Below are positions 1-7,673 of a stretch of 33,119 nucleotides of DNA, in pieces. A program made the position numbers and the translations under genes. The first letter of the stretch is position 1, and each line of letters begins with the position of its first letter. The notes under the pieces are model-generated. The model saw only the letters and a program-made list of their open reading frames with translations. It did not search any database and was not told the origin of the DNA. Origin of the DNA: Escherichia phage ET-SD-TH; the sequence record OR992646; one strand, given 5' to 3'.

Positions 1-164
1 TCACCGGCCAGGTACGCATCGCGGAATTCTTCAACGTGCGCCTGGTCCACGTCACGGATGTTGTAGCCATCTTCCACATACAGTTCAGCCAGAGGCACCC
101 AAAACACCTTGCGCGGCTTTGCTTCGGTGGCACCTGCTTTATAGAGTTGTCCAATAGTAGCCAT
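1..164 (-). CDS. ParB-like nuclease domain protein, N-terminal fragment (gene runs off the window start)
   Basis: ATG at 164..162; translation MATIGQLYKAGATEAKPRKVFWVPLAELYVEDGYNIRDVDQAHVEEFRDAYLAG has the VP..EL....N.R spacing typical of the ParB N-terminal (ParBc) domain. Only 54 codons visible. Confidence 0.35.
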   Translation of the reverse strand, partial: MATIGQLYKAGATEAKPRKVFWVPLAELYVEDGYNIRDVDQAHVEEFRDAYLAG

Positions 165-239
165 TTACATAAATCCCAACACAAATGAAGTGATTAAAAA
201 TGAAGCCCATACAATAATGATGGGCAGATCACGTTTTTT

Positions 240-252
240 AACAATCATTGTT
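240..252. repeat. 13-bp palindrome AACAATCATTGTT (copy 1 of 3), overlapping the stop codon of the 236-aa gene and preceded by TTTTTT
   Basis: Exact sequence read at 240-252; reverse complement of the copies at 2465-2477 and 5581-5593. Confidence 0.45.
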
Positions 253-955
253 TACGATAACCTTTGCCAGAAATCCAAATTGCAATTTCTGTGGCAACAC
301 CAATGTCAAGACTGGTTTTTGTAGTGGCAGCAAAGTTAGCCAGTTCGTAAAGTATTTCATCACGCGCTTCACATTCATTTAGGTCGGCTTCTAACTGCTC
401 ATCGTTCAATATCGCAGTATCGCGAGGCACAACAATTCCTGCTGGTTGTACTTCGTGAGGATTAACAATGCGGTAAGAAATGATGTCACCGTCACTGCCA
501 GTATGTGACCATGCAAAATATTCTGCTCTGTCATTATTGATATGAAGCGGGCTAGGATTCCGGTATTTGACTTCAACAATTGCGTCACTATCCACAGGAC
601 ATTCACCGCCAGCCCATTCAATCCAGCCGTCAGCGTCGGCAGCAATTGCGGTTTTTCCTGCCCCTGTGTCAGCCGTGTAGTGTTCAGTTGAAACCTGGTA
701 CGGTCGCAGTTCTTTACTGGCTGCCAGCGCGGCTTCGTACTGGTCGCTGGTGATNNNNNNNNNNNNNNNNNNNNNNNNNNNNNNNNNNNNNNNNNNNNNN
801 NNNNNNNNNNNNNNNNNNNNNNNNNNNNNNNNNNNNNNNNNNNNNAGTTCACGGTCTGAATCTTGCGTAATAGCCTTCACTCCTTCCGGCCATCCGCCAC
901 GTTTCGGCAGTTCTTCAACCAGTATTTGCAGCAGGGTTTTATTTGATGTGTTCAT
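245..955 (-). CDS. hypothetical acidic protein (236 aa; 91 nt masked internally)
   Basis: Long minus-strand ORF immediately downstream of the tail D gene; protein-like composition; no motif I can recognise. Residues from 755-845 are unknown. Confidence 0.45.
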   Translation of the reverse strand: MNTSNKTLLQILVEELPKRGGWPEGVKAITQDSDREXXXXXXXXXXXXXXXXXXXXXXXXXXXXXXXITSDQYEAALAASKELRPYQVSTEHYTADTGAGKTAIAADADGWIEWAGGECPVDSDAIVEVKYRNPSPLHINNDRAEYFAWSHTGSDGDIISYRIVNPHEVQPAGIVVPRDTAILNDEQLEADLNECEARDEILYELANFAATTKTSLDIGVATEIAIWISGKGYRKQ

Positions 956-1049
956 GTGGGCATTACCTCGTTATTTATCCGGGCAGGTTATCCGCCCGTT
1001 CAAGGTAATGATATACGATGATGTAGAATGATTGCAACAATGTTTGTTG

Positions 1050-2204
1050 TTATTTTTCTTCGATGACATGGCCAGGGCCATCATCGCCTTCGTTAATGTC
1101 CTTTTCTTCGATCACGTGCCCTGGACCATCATCGTCAGGAGGGTCGCTTTCTTGCGGCTTCCTGCGCTCGATGATTTGCACCTTTGGTTCTTCTTCGCTG
1201 TTCGGCTTCGTTGCTTCCACGTCGCACGAATAACCGTTGTCATCCAGCCTGTGATCTGCGCGGGTAATCAGCCATTCGCCATCAATGCCATCACGGAACT
1301 CAACCAGCACCAGCTTGCATTCTGCGGCAATGGTAGGGTCACCGGGCAGCGTCACGGCAACAGTCACCTGGTTGCGCTGACGCTTCGACAGTTCGGCTTT
1401 GGCGGCGTCCAGCGCCATTGCCTGCGTTGGGTAGTATTTGCCAATCCGTTTGACCGGCTCCCCTTCGCCCACCTTCACTTCGTTGCGCGCTGCCTTCTTC
1501 GTCACCTGGTAGTAAGCCACCACCGTGCCTGCGTTTTCGCGCTTCTGGCTGGTTAGCCGGAATGCGGTGCAATCCTGCGCCGTCAGCGTTATGGTTGGCA
1601 GTTCTTCGCCGCTGGCCGTCTTACCTTCGCCGCGCTTCGTGACCGTGATTTTGCCGCCTGATGGTTTCACTACGCCGTCATATTTCTTGGCCAGTCGCAG
1701 CAACAGGTTCAGGTCAGATTCATCGGCCTGGTCAGTGTGGGGCAGGGTGATTTTGGCCATGCTTTCTGACACGGCTGATTCCATGCCGTGTTCTTCGGCA
1801 ATCTTCTTCACCATGTCGCCAAACTTCGTGCCTTTGGTCCAGCTACGTGATTTTTGCGTTTGCAGGTCGGTTTTGCCGCCCTTTGACTTGTCATAGGTGG
1901 CAGCTCTCGCCCTGATTGTCATGGTGCCTGGCCAGCCAGCCAGTTCCACTTCATCACAGATGAACAAGCCCATGCGCTGTGTCCAGTTATCATAACCCAG
2001 GAACAGTTCCAGTTCTGCGCCTGTTTCCGGCATCTGGATTGGGTTGGCCGGTTCATCATCGGCAAGGCTTATTTCCAGCGTGTCAGATTCCAGCCCTACG
2101 CCGTCAGACAGACTAAGGCTTATCAGGCGTTCATTGATTTTGGCGGTGATGTCATCGCCGTTGGCCAGCACGCGAAACGCTGGCGCAATCCCTGTTAATC
2201 CCAC
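1050..2204 (-). CDS. phage tail protein D (P2 gpD-like, late control D family)
   Basis: 384-aa ORF; N-terminus MGLTGIAPAFRVLANGDDITAKINERLISLSLSD matches the gpD family; sits after U and X as in P2-type tail modules; C-terminus carries a tandem DDGPGHVIEEK repeat. Confidence 0.85.
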   Translation of the reverse strand: MGLTGIAPAFRVLANGDDITAKINERLISLSLSDGVGLESDTLEISLADDEPANPIQMPETGAELELFLGYDNWTQRMGLFICDEVELAGWPGTMTIRARAATYDKSKGGKTDLQTQKSRSWTKGTKFGDMVKKIAEEHGMESAVSESMAKITLPHTDQADESDLNLLLRLAKKYDGVVKPSGGKITVTKRGEGKTASGEELPTITLTAQDCTAFRLTSQKRENAGTVVAYYQVTKKAARNEVKVGEGEPVKRIGKYYPTQAMALDAAKAELSKRQRNQVTVAVTLPGDPTIAAECKLVLVEFRDGIDGEWLITRADHRLDDNGYSCDVEATKPNSEEEPKVQIIERRKPQESDPPDDDGPGHVIEEKDINEGDDGPGHVIEEK

Positions 2205-2404
2205 AATTTCACCCCCTGCGTGGTCGCTGGCGTCGTGATTTCAGGCAGGTTGATGACCAGGCCAGCAGGCAGCACAGGTCCACGGTCTGCCAACCCTTTG
2301 TTGGCGTCCAGCAGTGCTTCCACGGTGCCAGCGTCCTGGTTTCCGTAGTATTTCCAGGCGATGTAATCCGCCGTGTCACCGTCTTTGGTAATGTAAGTTT
2401 GCAT
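2195..2404 (-). CDS. phage tail protein X (P2 gpX-like)
   Basis: 69-aa ORF MQTYITKDGDTADYIAWKYYGNQDAGTVEALLDANKGLADRGPVLPAG resembles P2 gpX; start overlaps the U stop, end overlaps the D start. Confidence 0.8.
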   Translation of the reverse strand: MQTYITKDGDTADYIAWKYYGNQDAGTVEALLDANKGLADRGPVLPAGLVINLPEITTPATTQGVKLWD

Positions 2405-2814
2405 CAGTTGAACCGCCGCAGTTGCAAATTGAATTCCTGTTTGCGCGGCGCACCGAACGCGGCAAACAATGATTGTTTTTCGTCAATGGCTTCAATCACC
2501 CAGCGGCCCCACAGCTTGCCCAGGCCGTCCACCAGCAACAGCGGCTGACCACGGCCAGCCATGCTGCGCATTTGCTCCACCTGCTGAAACCCGCCACGGT
2601 ATTCAGGGTAAATGATGCCAGCCAGGGTGATGGTTTCCTCTCCGATGCCCACGAATTGCGATGATGGTCGCTGGCCAAAGCGGTGCTGCGATGGCCACTT
2701 ATATTCGCTGTGGCGGTTCAGTTCCTGATATGCCGCAGTAAGGATGCAGAACTGGAAGCCGCCCAACATCATCATGATGTTGGTCTGCCCGGTTAAAATC
2801 GTGAAACTGGTCAT
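2404..2814 (-). CDS. phage tail protein U (P2 gpU-like)
   Basis: Contains MMMLGGFQF...SEYKWPSQHRFGQRPSSQFVG...LLLVDGLGKLWGRWVI...PRKQEFNLQLRRF, matching gpU; ATGA start/stop overlap with the tape measure gene (ATG 2814-2812, TGA 2813-2811) with GGAG upstream. An alternative start at the MMM run (2775) is possible. Confidence 0.8.
   Translation of the reverse strand: MTSFTILTGQTNIMMMLGGFQFCILTAAYQELNRHSEYKWPSQHRFGQRPSSQFVGIGEETITLAGIIYPEYRGGFQQVEQMRSMAGRGQPLLLVDGLGKLWGRWVIEAIDEKQSLFAAFGAPRKQEFNLQLRRFN
2465..2477. repeat. 13-bp palindrome AACAATGATTGTT (copy 2 of 3), inside the U coding region
   Basis: Exact sequence read at 2465-2477. Confidence 0.4.
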
Positions 2815-5150
2815 GGTGCCGTCACTCCGTCATTCATCATGCTGCGCTGCCGCACCTGGCGGCGGCGCTCCTGTTCGTCGGCAATACGTTTGGCCAGGTC
2901 TGTGGTGTTCTCACCAGGGCGCTGCACGATCTGCATCGTAGTTTGGCTGTTGTCCTGGTAGGTACTGCCTCCACGGTTAGCCAGTGCCGGTGCTGGCAAT
3001 GCGCTTGCTGGTGTCTGCGGTGTCGCCAGAGTGTTTCCTTCCGGCACGTCATCACCGCCGAACGGGTTTCTGAAAAAGTCTTTTGTTGACTCCCACGCGC
3101 TGCCAGCCATGTCAGAAACGCTGTTTTTGAAATCAATTGCTTTTTGCGTCAGTGCGCCAATGTTGTCAGAAACCCAAATGATCTTATCAATCAGGAACTG
3201 AATTGGCCCCAACACAAAATCAATGCCTGCGGCAAGCGCCTTGCCGAACTTCTGGCCAGCGTCACCGGCCTTTTTCAGTTCTTCGCTGCTGTAGCTCACC
3301 GGTTCTGCCAGTTTTGTGAACCAATCCCACACCTTACCAGCAACGTCAGCAACCCACTGGAACGCGGTTTTGACTGGTCCTAACTTATCCCACAGCGCCT
3401 GGAATTTCTCCGTTACTGGCTGCAACCCTTGCTGGATTCCCTGCAAAGTGCCGGTCATGAACGCTTTGACGCCAGCCCAATTGCGGTAAATCCACAGGCC
3501 GCCAAGCGCCAGTCCGGTAATCAGGGCACCAATGCCGGTGGAAATGAACGCCGCACCGATGGCGCGCACACCAGCGACAACGGCAGGGATTCCACGCGAT
3601 GCCATGCCCACTAGTCCGCCGTTGGCCACGGTAGCTGCGGCACCCACTGCACGCGAGGAAACCGCCGTCAGCGCCATCTGTGCGCGGGCACCAGCCAGGG
3701 CACCTACAACACGAAGCGCACCACCACGCAGGTACGTGAACGCGAAGCCAGCAGCAAACGTGGCAATGCGCATGGTAATCAGTGCGCCAGCCGTGGCTAC
3801 AATGGCTTTGGTGACAACCGGGTGCGCTTGCGCCAGTTCTGTAACCTTGCCAATCCACGGACTAATGGTTTTCAGGACGCTGTTGAATGCTGGAAGCAGC
3901 ACGCTGCCAATAGTGATACCAAGTGCGGTGATCTGGTTTCGGAATATTACCAGTTCGTTTGCCGTTGTTGCGGCCCGTGCCTGGTATTCTTTTTCCATAG
4001 AACCGGCATATTTCATTTTGTTCGCTACAGCGTCAAAATTCTTTTCCAGTTCCTTGATGTTCGTCAGCAATGGCGCAATTGAACCAACAACCTCTTTGCC
4101 AAAAAGCTGCGTCAGAACCGCTGACTGTTCGTGTTTCCGCAGTTTTGCAACCTGCTTGAGAATGACAAGCATGGTTTTTTTGGAGTCCCGTTGCATGGAT
4201 TTTGCAACTGCTGTTGAGGAATAGCCAAGCCGTGCGAATGCTTCTCGCTGCGATTTTGCTTTACCCGCCGTCAGTGACAGCATCAGGTTTTTGATACCAG
4301 TGGCGGCAATCTCGTTTTGCACACCCATGCCGCGCAGTGTCGCACCAAGTGCGGCAATTTCACCGGAAGCAGTACCGGCAACCTCGCCAAGTGGCCCGAT
4401 GCGCTGCACGATCTCCATGATGTCTTTGGCTGATGCGGCAGTGTTATTGCCCAGGTAGTTGATTTTGTCAGCCAGGGCGACAACCTGTTGCTGGTTCATC
4501 TTGAACGCAGAGCGCATCTCTGCCATCGCCTGGCCTGCCTGGTCGGCGGTGATGTCGAACGCCACGCCCATTTTGATGGCTGATTCCGCAAACGTCATCA
4601 GATCTTTGGCTGCAATGCCAGACTGACCACCAGCGGCAACGATCTTGCCAATGTCGTTGGCAGTCATCGGCAGAACTTTTGACATGTTGATAATGTCCTG
4701 CCCCATCTTTTTGAACCCGTCAGGCGTGTCGAAATCAACAACCTTTTTCACGTCAGCCATCGTTGATTCAAAATCAATCGCTGCTTTGACGGGTGCGGCA
4801 ATAGTGGCACCCAGGGCGATGGTGCCCATTATGCCGCTTTTGTATTCTTCGCGCTTATCAAGATTTCGCTGGCGTGCATCCTCCACACGTTTCAGGCGTT
4901 CGGTGGCGGTGCGAAGTTTGTCCACCGCAGCGACGTTTGCGGCATATTTGGCGCGCAGTGAATCAACGTTTTTGCCCTGGCGGCCAAACGTCTGTATGGC
5001 GTTGGTTAGCGTGCGTTGCTCGCGTTCCAGTTTGGCCATTGCCGAGCCAACCTGTTCCACAGATGATTTGACGGTGCCAAATGCGCCTTTAAGGCTGCTT
5101 GAAACTGCCCCGCCTATCGTGATCGTTGCATTGAGCTTCTTATTTGCCAT
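2811..5150 (-). CDS. phage tail tape measure protein (P2 gpT-like)
   Basis: 779-aa ORF rich in Ala/Gly with long helical segments and hydrophobic glycine-rich central stretches; positioned directly after the E/E' chaperone pair; ATG at 5150-5148. Confidence 0.85.
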   Translation of the reverse strand: MANKKLNATITIGGAVSSSLKGAFGTVKSSVEQVGSAMAKLEREQRTLTNAIQTFGRQGKNVDSLRAKYAANVAAVDKLRTATERLKRVEDARQRNLDKREEYKSGIMGTIALGATIAAPVKAAIDFESTMADVKKVVDFDTPDGFKKMGQDIINMSKVLPMTANDIGKIVAAGGQSGIAAKDLMTFAESAIKMGVAFDITADQAGQAMAEMRSAFKMNQQQVVALADKINYLGNNTAASAKDIMEIVQRIGPLGEVAGTASGEIAALGATLRGMGVQNEIAATGIKNLMLSLTAGKAKSQREAFARLGYSSTAVAKSMQRDSKKTMLVILKQVAKLRKHEQSAVLTQLFGKEVVGSIAPLLTNIKELEKNFDAVANKMKYAGSMEKEYQARAATTANELVIFRNQITALGITIGSVLLPAFNSVLKTISPWIGKVTELAQAHPVVTKAIVATAGALITMRIATFAAGFAFTYLRGGALRVVGALAGARAQMALTAVSSRAVGAAATVANGGLVGMASRGIPAVVAGVRAIGAAFISTGIGALITGLALGGLWIYRNWAGVKAFMTGTLQGIQQGLQPVTEKFQALWDKLGPVKTAFQWVADVAGKVWDWFTKLAEPVSYSSEELKKAGDAGQKFGKALAAGIDFVLGPIQFLIDKIIWVSDNIGALTQKAIDFKNSVSDMAGSAWESTKDFFRNPFGGDDVPEGNTLATPQTPASALPAPALANRGGSTYQDNSQTTMQIVQRPGENTTDLAKRIADEQERRRQVRQRSMMNDGVTAP

Positions 5151-5156
5151 TTATTT

Positions 5157-5566
5157 TTAAGCCTTCGGCAATCCTTCCAACCACCACACAAAGCGGGAAA
5201 CCCGCAACCTTTGAATTTCCGATAACTGCCAGCCCGTATGACTTGCGAGCGCCAAAGCGCCCGCGCGTATGTATTCCGGGCTTAATCTAAAAAACTGATG
5301 TAGGCAGCCTGTAGGCGCTTATAGTCTTTCAGAGGCAGGCGGCGGATGTCATCAGGTGCCTGTTCACACAGGTTGGCAAACGTCTGGATTTCGCGCGCAG
5401 CATCGCTGCCGCCCATGTCGCTTGCAATTTCCTGGTCAGCCACGGTTGGTTCACGCATACGCAGCACGGAAACGTCAACGCCTGCGATTTTCAGTGGTCG
5501 TGACAGGGTGATGTCACAGTGGCCGGTTTCGTTGTTGAATTTCAGGTAATCAGGTAATTTCGCCAT
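5157..5566 (-). CDS. tail assembly chaperone E+E' (predicted -1 frameshift product)
   Basis: After the slippery heptamer TTTTTTA (5294..5288) the -1 frame stays open for 43 codons (RLSPEYIRAGALALASHTGWQLSEIQRLRVSRFVWWLEGLPKA) and stops at TAA 5159..5157, 6 nt before the tape measure ATG. It fills the otherwise non-coding 5151-5281 gap exactly as in P2 E/E' and lambda G/GT. Confidence 0.5.
5282..5566 (-). CDS. tail assembly chaperone E (P2 gpE-like)
   Basis: 94-aa ORF MAKLPDYLKFNNETGHCDITLSRPLKIAGVDVSVLRMREPTVADQE..., matching the gpE family; located between tube and tape measure genes. Confidence 0.75.
   Translation of the reverse strand: MAKLPDYLKFNNETGHCDITLSRPLKIAGVDVSVLRMREPTVADQEIASDMGGSDAAREIQTFANLCEQAPDDIRRLPLKDYKRLQAAYISFLD
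5288..5294 (-). other. putative -1 programmed ribosomal frameshift slippery site TTTTTTA (X_XXY_YYZ) at the end of gene E
   Basis: Minus-strand sequence ATC AGT TTT TTA GAT TAA; heptamer T_TTT_TTA lies 1 codon before the E stop. Confidence 0.5.
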
Positions 5567-5580
5567 TTCTTATCGCCTTA

Positions 5581-5593
5581 AACAATGATTGTT
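5581..5593. repeat. 13-bp palindrome AACAATGATTGTT (copy 3 of 3), 15-28 nt upstream of the E start
   Basis: Exact sequence read at 5581-5593. Confidence 0.45.
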
Positions 5594-5599
5594 GAAAAT

Positions 5600-5619
5600 G
5601 GCCAGCCAAATGACTGGCC
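5600..5619 (-). terminator. terminator-like hairpin between tube and E genes (possible attenuator)
   Basis: GGCCAG-N8-CTGGCC stem (5600-5605 / 5614-5619) directly after the tube stop; followed on the minus strand by AUUUUCAACAAUCAUUGUUU. Confidence 0.3.
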
Positions 5620-5626
5620 GTAAAAA

Positions 5627-6133
5627 TTACATCGCCAGCGCGGAACGGATGGCGGCCAGGGTGTCTACACCGTTGATGATGCGCACCATGTTTTCCACGT
5701 CGATTTCGTGGATGGTCTTTCCGTTATGCTGCTGCTTGAAATAGTTCAGGCTGACAGTCACGTTAAGGGAACTTAATTCCCCAGGCGTCCAGGTGCCTGG
5801 CTCCATGCTGGTGATTTTGCCGCGCATGTTCATGACAACGCCTTTCACGCTGCCATCATAGGATTCCAGCGCACCGCGAAACGTCAGCGGAACGCTTGCG
5901 CCTTCTGACAGGCCAAACAGCGCCAACACGTCAGAATCATAGGCACGCAGCGCAAAACTTGCCTCCAGCTTTTCCATGCCCAACGTCACATCAATGGGCG
6001 CGTCCATGCCGCCTGCGCGGAATTCTTCGGTTTGCAGGGTTAAGGTGGGCGGCGTGACGCTCTCCACCTGGCCCGCGTAACCACGGCCATCAACAAATAA
6101 GTTGATGTTTTTCAAAACGTCACGTGCGGCCAT
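5627..6133 (-). CDS. phage tail tube protein (P2 FII-like)
   Basis: 168-aa [46 protein letters not shown]..., matching the contractile-tail tube family; its ATG (6133-6131) overlaps the sheath stop by 1 nt (TAATG). Confidence 0.85.
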   Translation of the reverse strand: MAARDVLKNINLFVDGRGYAGQVESVTPPTLTLQTEEFRAGGMDAPIDVTLGMEKLEASFALRAYDSDVLALFGLSEGASVPLTFRGALESYDGSVKGVVMNMRGKITSMEPGTWTPGELSSLNVTVSLNYFKQQHNGKTIHEIDVENMVRIINGVDTLAAIRSALAM

Positions 6134-7557
6134 TATTCGAATACCTCACTAATATAATCGTTGGTCAACTGGCTGCGGAAGATAATGTGTTCAGCCGGAT
6201 AAACAGGCGTGAAATCAAAATCAAAGTATACCTTACCGTCAGCGATCTGGTCAGCAGTATTTAAGTCAGGGTCAGCCCAACACGTGCCGCCAAGAATTGC
6301 GCCAAGGCTCACCAGGTTGCGCAGGTACGCGTTCACGCCTTCAATCACGTCATTGACGTATTGTTTGGTGATGCCACGGTCTACGGCCCACAGGTGTGCA
6401 CGCAGCAGGCTGTCATTGATGATGTCAGCCGTGCGAACAACGCACAGGAACGCCCATTTCGGATCGCTGGAAGTGGTGCGGTTGCCCCACAGGCGGAAAC
6501 CATCCTGGCGAATGATGGTGGTGACTTCGTTTTCGTTCAGCAGGTTTGCACGGCTGGACGTATCACCCAGGGTGAAATCAATGGTTCTGGCCGTGCCCTG
6601 AATGCCATAGATTTCCTGGTTTGATGGTGACCACCAGAAACCGCGCTCGTTGTCGATGCGGGCAATCAGGCCAGCCACGCGCGGCGATGCCCAATCAGTA
6701 ATCGTGGTGCCATCTTCGTCAAGCACCAGCACTTTTGGGTCAACCACATAAACGCGCTTGCTGCCAAAGTCTTTGCGGTAGGCGATGGCGTCAGCGTCGT
6801 TGGTGTTAGGGCCGTCAGCGATGATGACAGCACGCAGGCGGTTGGCGATGCCAAGCAGTTCAGAAACCACGGCATTGGCTGCAACGCCAACGGATGCGGT
6901 TGCAGTTGCGCCGGTGCCGTTTCCGCCAGTGATGGCTACGGTTGGCGCGCTGGTGTAACCCATGCCGGAATTGGTGACGGTGATTTTGGTGATGACTCCA
7001 CCAACCACAGTGGCTTCCGCAGTTGCGCCAGAACCGCCGCCACCAGTCAGTGTGACTGTCGGTGCCGTGGTGTAGCCGCTGCCGCCATTGCCAATGGTGA
7101 TAGCTGTGACGCCATCCTGAACGCGGGTATGCGTGAATCCAGGCACGCACAGAATGCGAGGCGAGTAGCCAACAACGGATTCAGCGCCAAGCAGTGCGTG
7201 AACGCCTTCATATTTGCCGGTTGATGCGTTAACACCTCCCATGATGTTGGCCAGTGTTGCTGCTTCTTCTTCTCCTTCTTCAACGCGCACAACGATAACT
7301 ACCGCGCCGATCTGGTCCAGGATGGCATCCAGTGCTTTTGGCAGTGTGCCTTCACCGGTTCCAAGTAGGTCCAGTTTAGCCGCTTCTCGCTGGCTGCCAG
7401 CAATCAGGGTAGGGGTGTTAATCGGGAATGCGTCAGGGTCGGCATTCGGCGCTGTGCCTACAATGCCAATGACGCTGGATTTAACGGTTTGAATGACGCG
7501 TGAACCGGAATCAATTTCCAGCACCTCCACGCCATGTAAGAACTCAGTACCTGCCAT
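6133..7557 (-). CDS. phage tail sheath protein (P2 FI-like) with internal repeat-containing insertion
   Basis: 474 aa from ATG 7557-7555 to TAA 6135-6133; N-terminus [54 protein letters not shown] and C-terminal ...[26 protein letters not shown]... follow the FI sheath pattern. The supplied ORF continues into the N run only as an artefact. Confidence 0.9.
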   Translation of the reverse strand: MAGTEFLHGVEVLEIDSGSRVIQTVKSSVIGIVGTAPNADPDAFPINTPTLIAGSQREAAKLDLLGTGEGTLPKALDAILDQIGAVVIVVRVEEGEEEAATLANIMGGVNASTGKYEGVHALLGAESVVGYSPRILCVPGFTHTRVQDGVTAITIGNGGSGYTTAPTVTLTGGGGSGATAEATVVGGVITKITVTNSGMGYTSAPTVAITGGNGTGATATASVGVAANAVVSELLGIANRLRAVIIADGPNTNDADAIAYRKDFGSKRVYVVDPKVLVLDEDGTTITDWASPRVAGLIARIDNERGFWWSPSNQEIYGIQGTARTIDFTLGDTSSRANLLNENEVTTIIRQDGFRLWGNRTTSSDPKWAFLCVVRTADIINDSLLRAHLWAVDRGITKQYVNDVIEGVNAYLRNLVSLGAILGGTCWADPDLNTADQIADGKVYFDFDFTPVYPAEHIIFRSQLTNDYISEVFE

Positions 7558-7574
7558 TATTCGGTTTCCTATTG

Positions 7575-7588
7575 ACTGTGCACACAGT
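7575..7588. promoter_or_regulatory. inverted repeat ACTGTG-CA-CACAGT in the sheath 5' leader; candidate late-promoter operator
   Basis: Read directly at 7575-7588, 18-31 nt upstream of the sheath ATG; further CACTG copies at 7598-7602 and 7616-7620 (minus-strand orientation). Confidence 0.3.
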
Positions 7589-7649
7589 GAAAATTCGCAG
7601 TGTGATGGTCGCAGGAACAGTGCGTGGCTTCTTCTTGGGGTTTGTCCGT

Positions 7650-7673
7650 AAAAAAAGCCCGCGTGATGCGGGC
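7650..7673 (-). terminator. intrinsic terminator upstream of the sheath gene
   Basis: Minus-strand RNA GCCCGC-AUCA-(C)GCGGGC followed by UUUUUUU (plus-strand A run 7650-7656, stem 7657-7673). Confidence 0.6.

Noticed and set aside
1339-3858. Minus-strand alternative-frame ORFs within D and the tape measure gene (1339..1572, 2496..2678, 2837..3136, 3385..3858)
   Set aside because: Out-of-frame overlaps with recognised genes; Arg/Cys/Trp-rich junk-like translations.
1032-5160. Plus-strand ORFs inside the tail module (e.g. 1032..1556, 1525..1896, 3532..4224, 4645..5160)
   Set aside because: Antisense shadows of strongly supported minus-strand tail genes; no start context, and composition typical of out-of-frame reading of GC-rich coding DNA.
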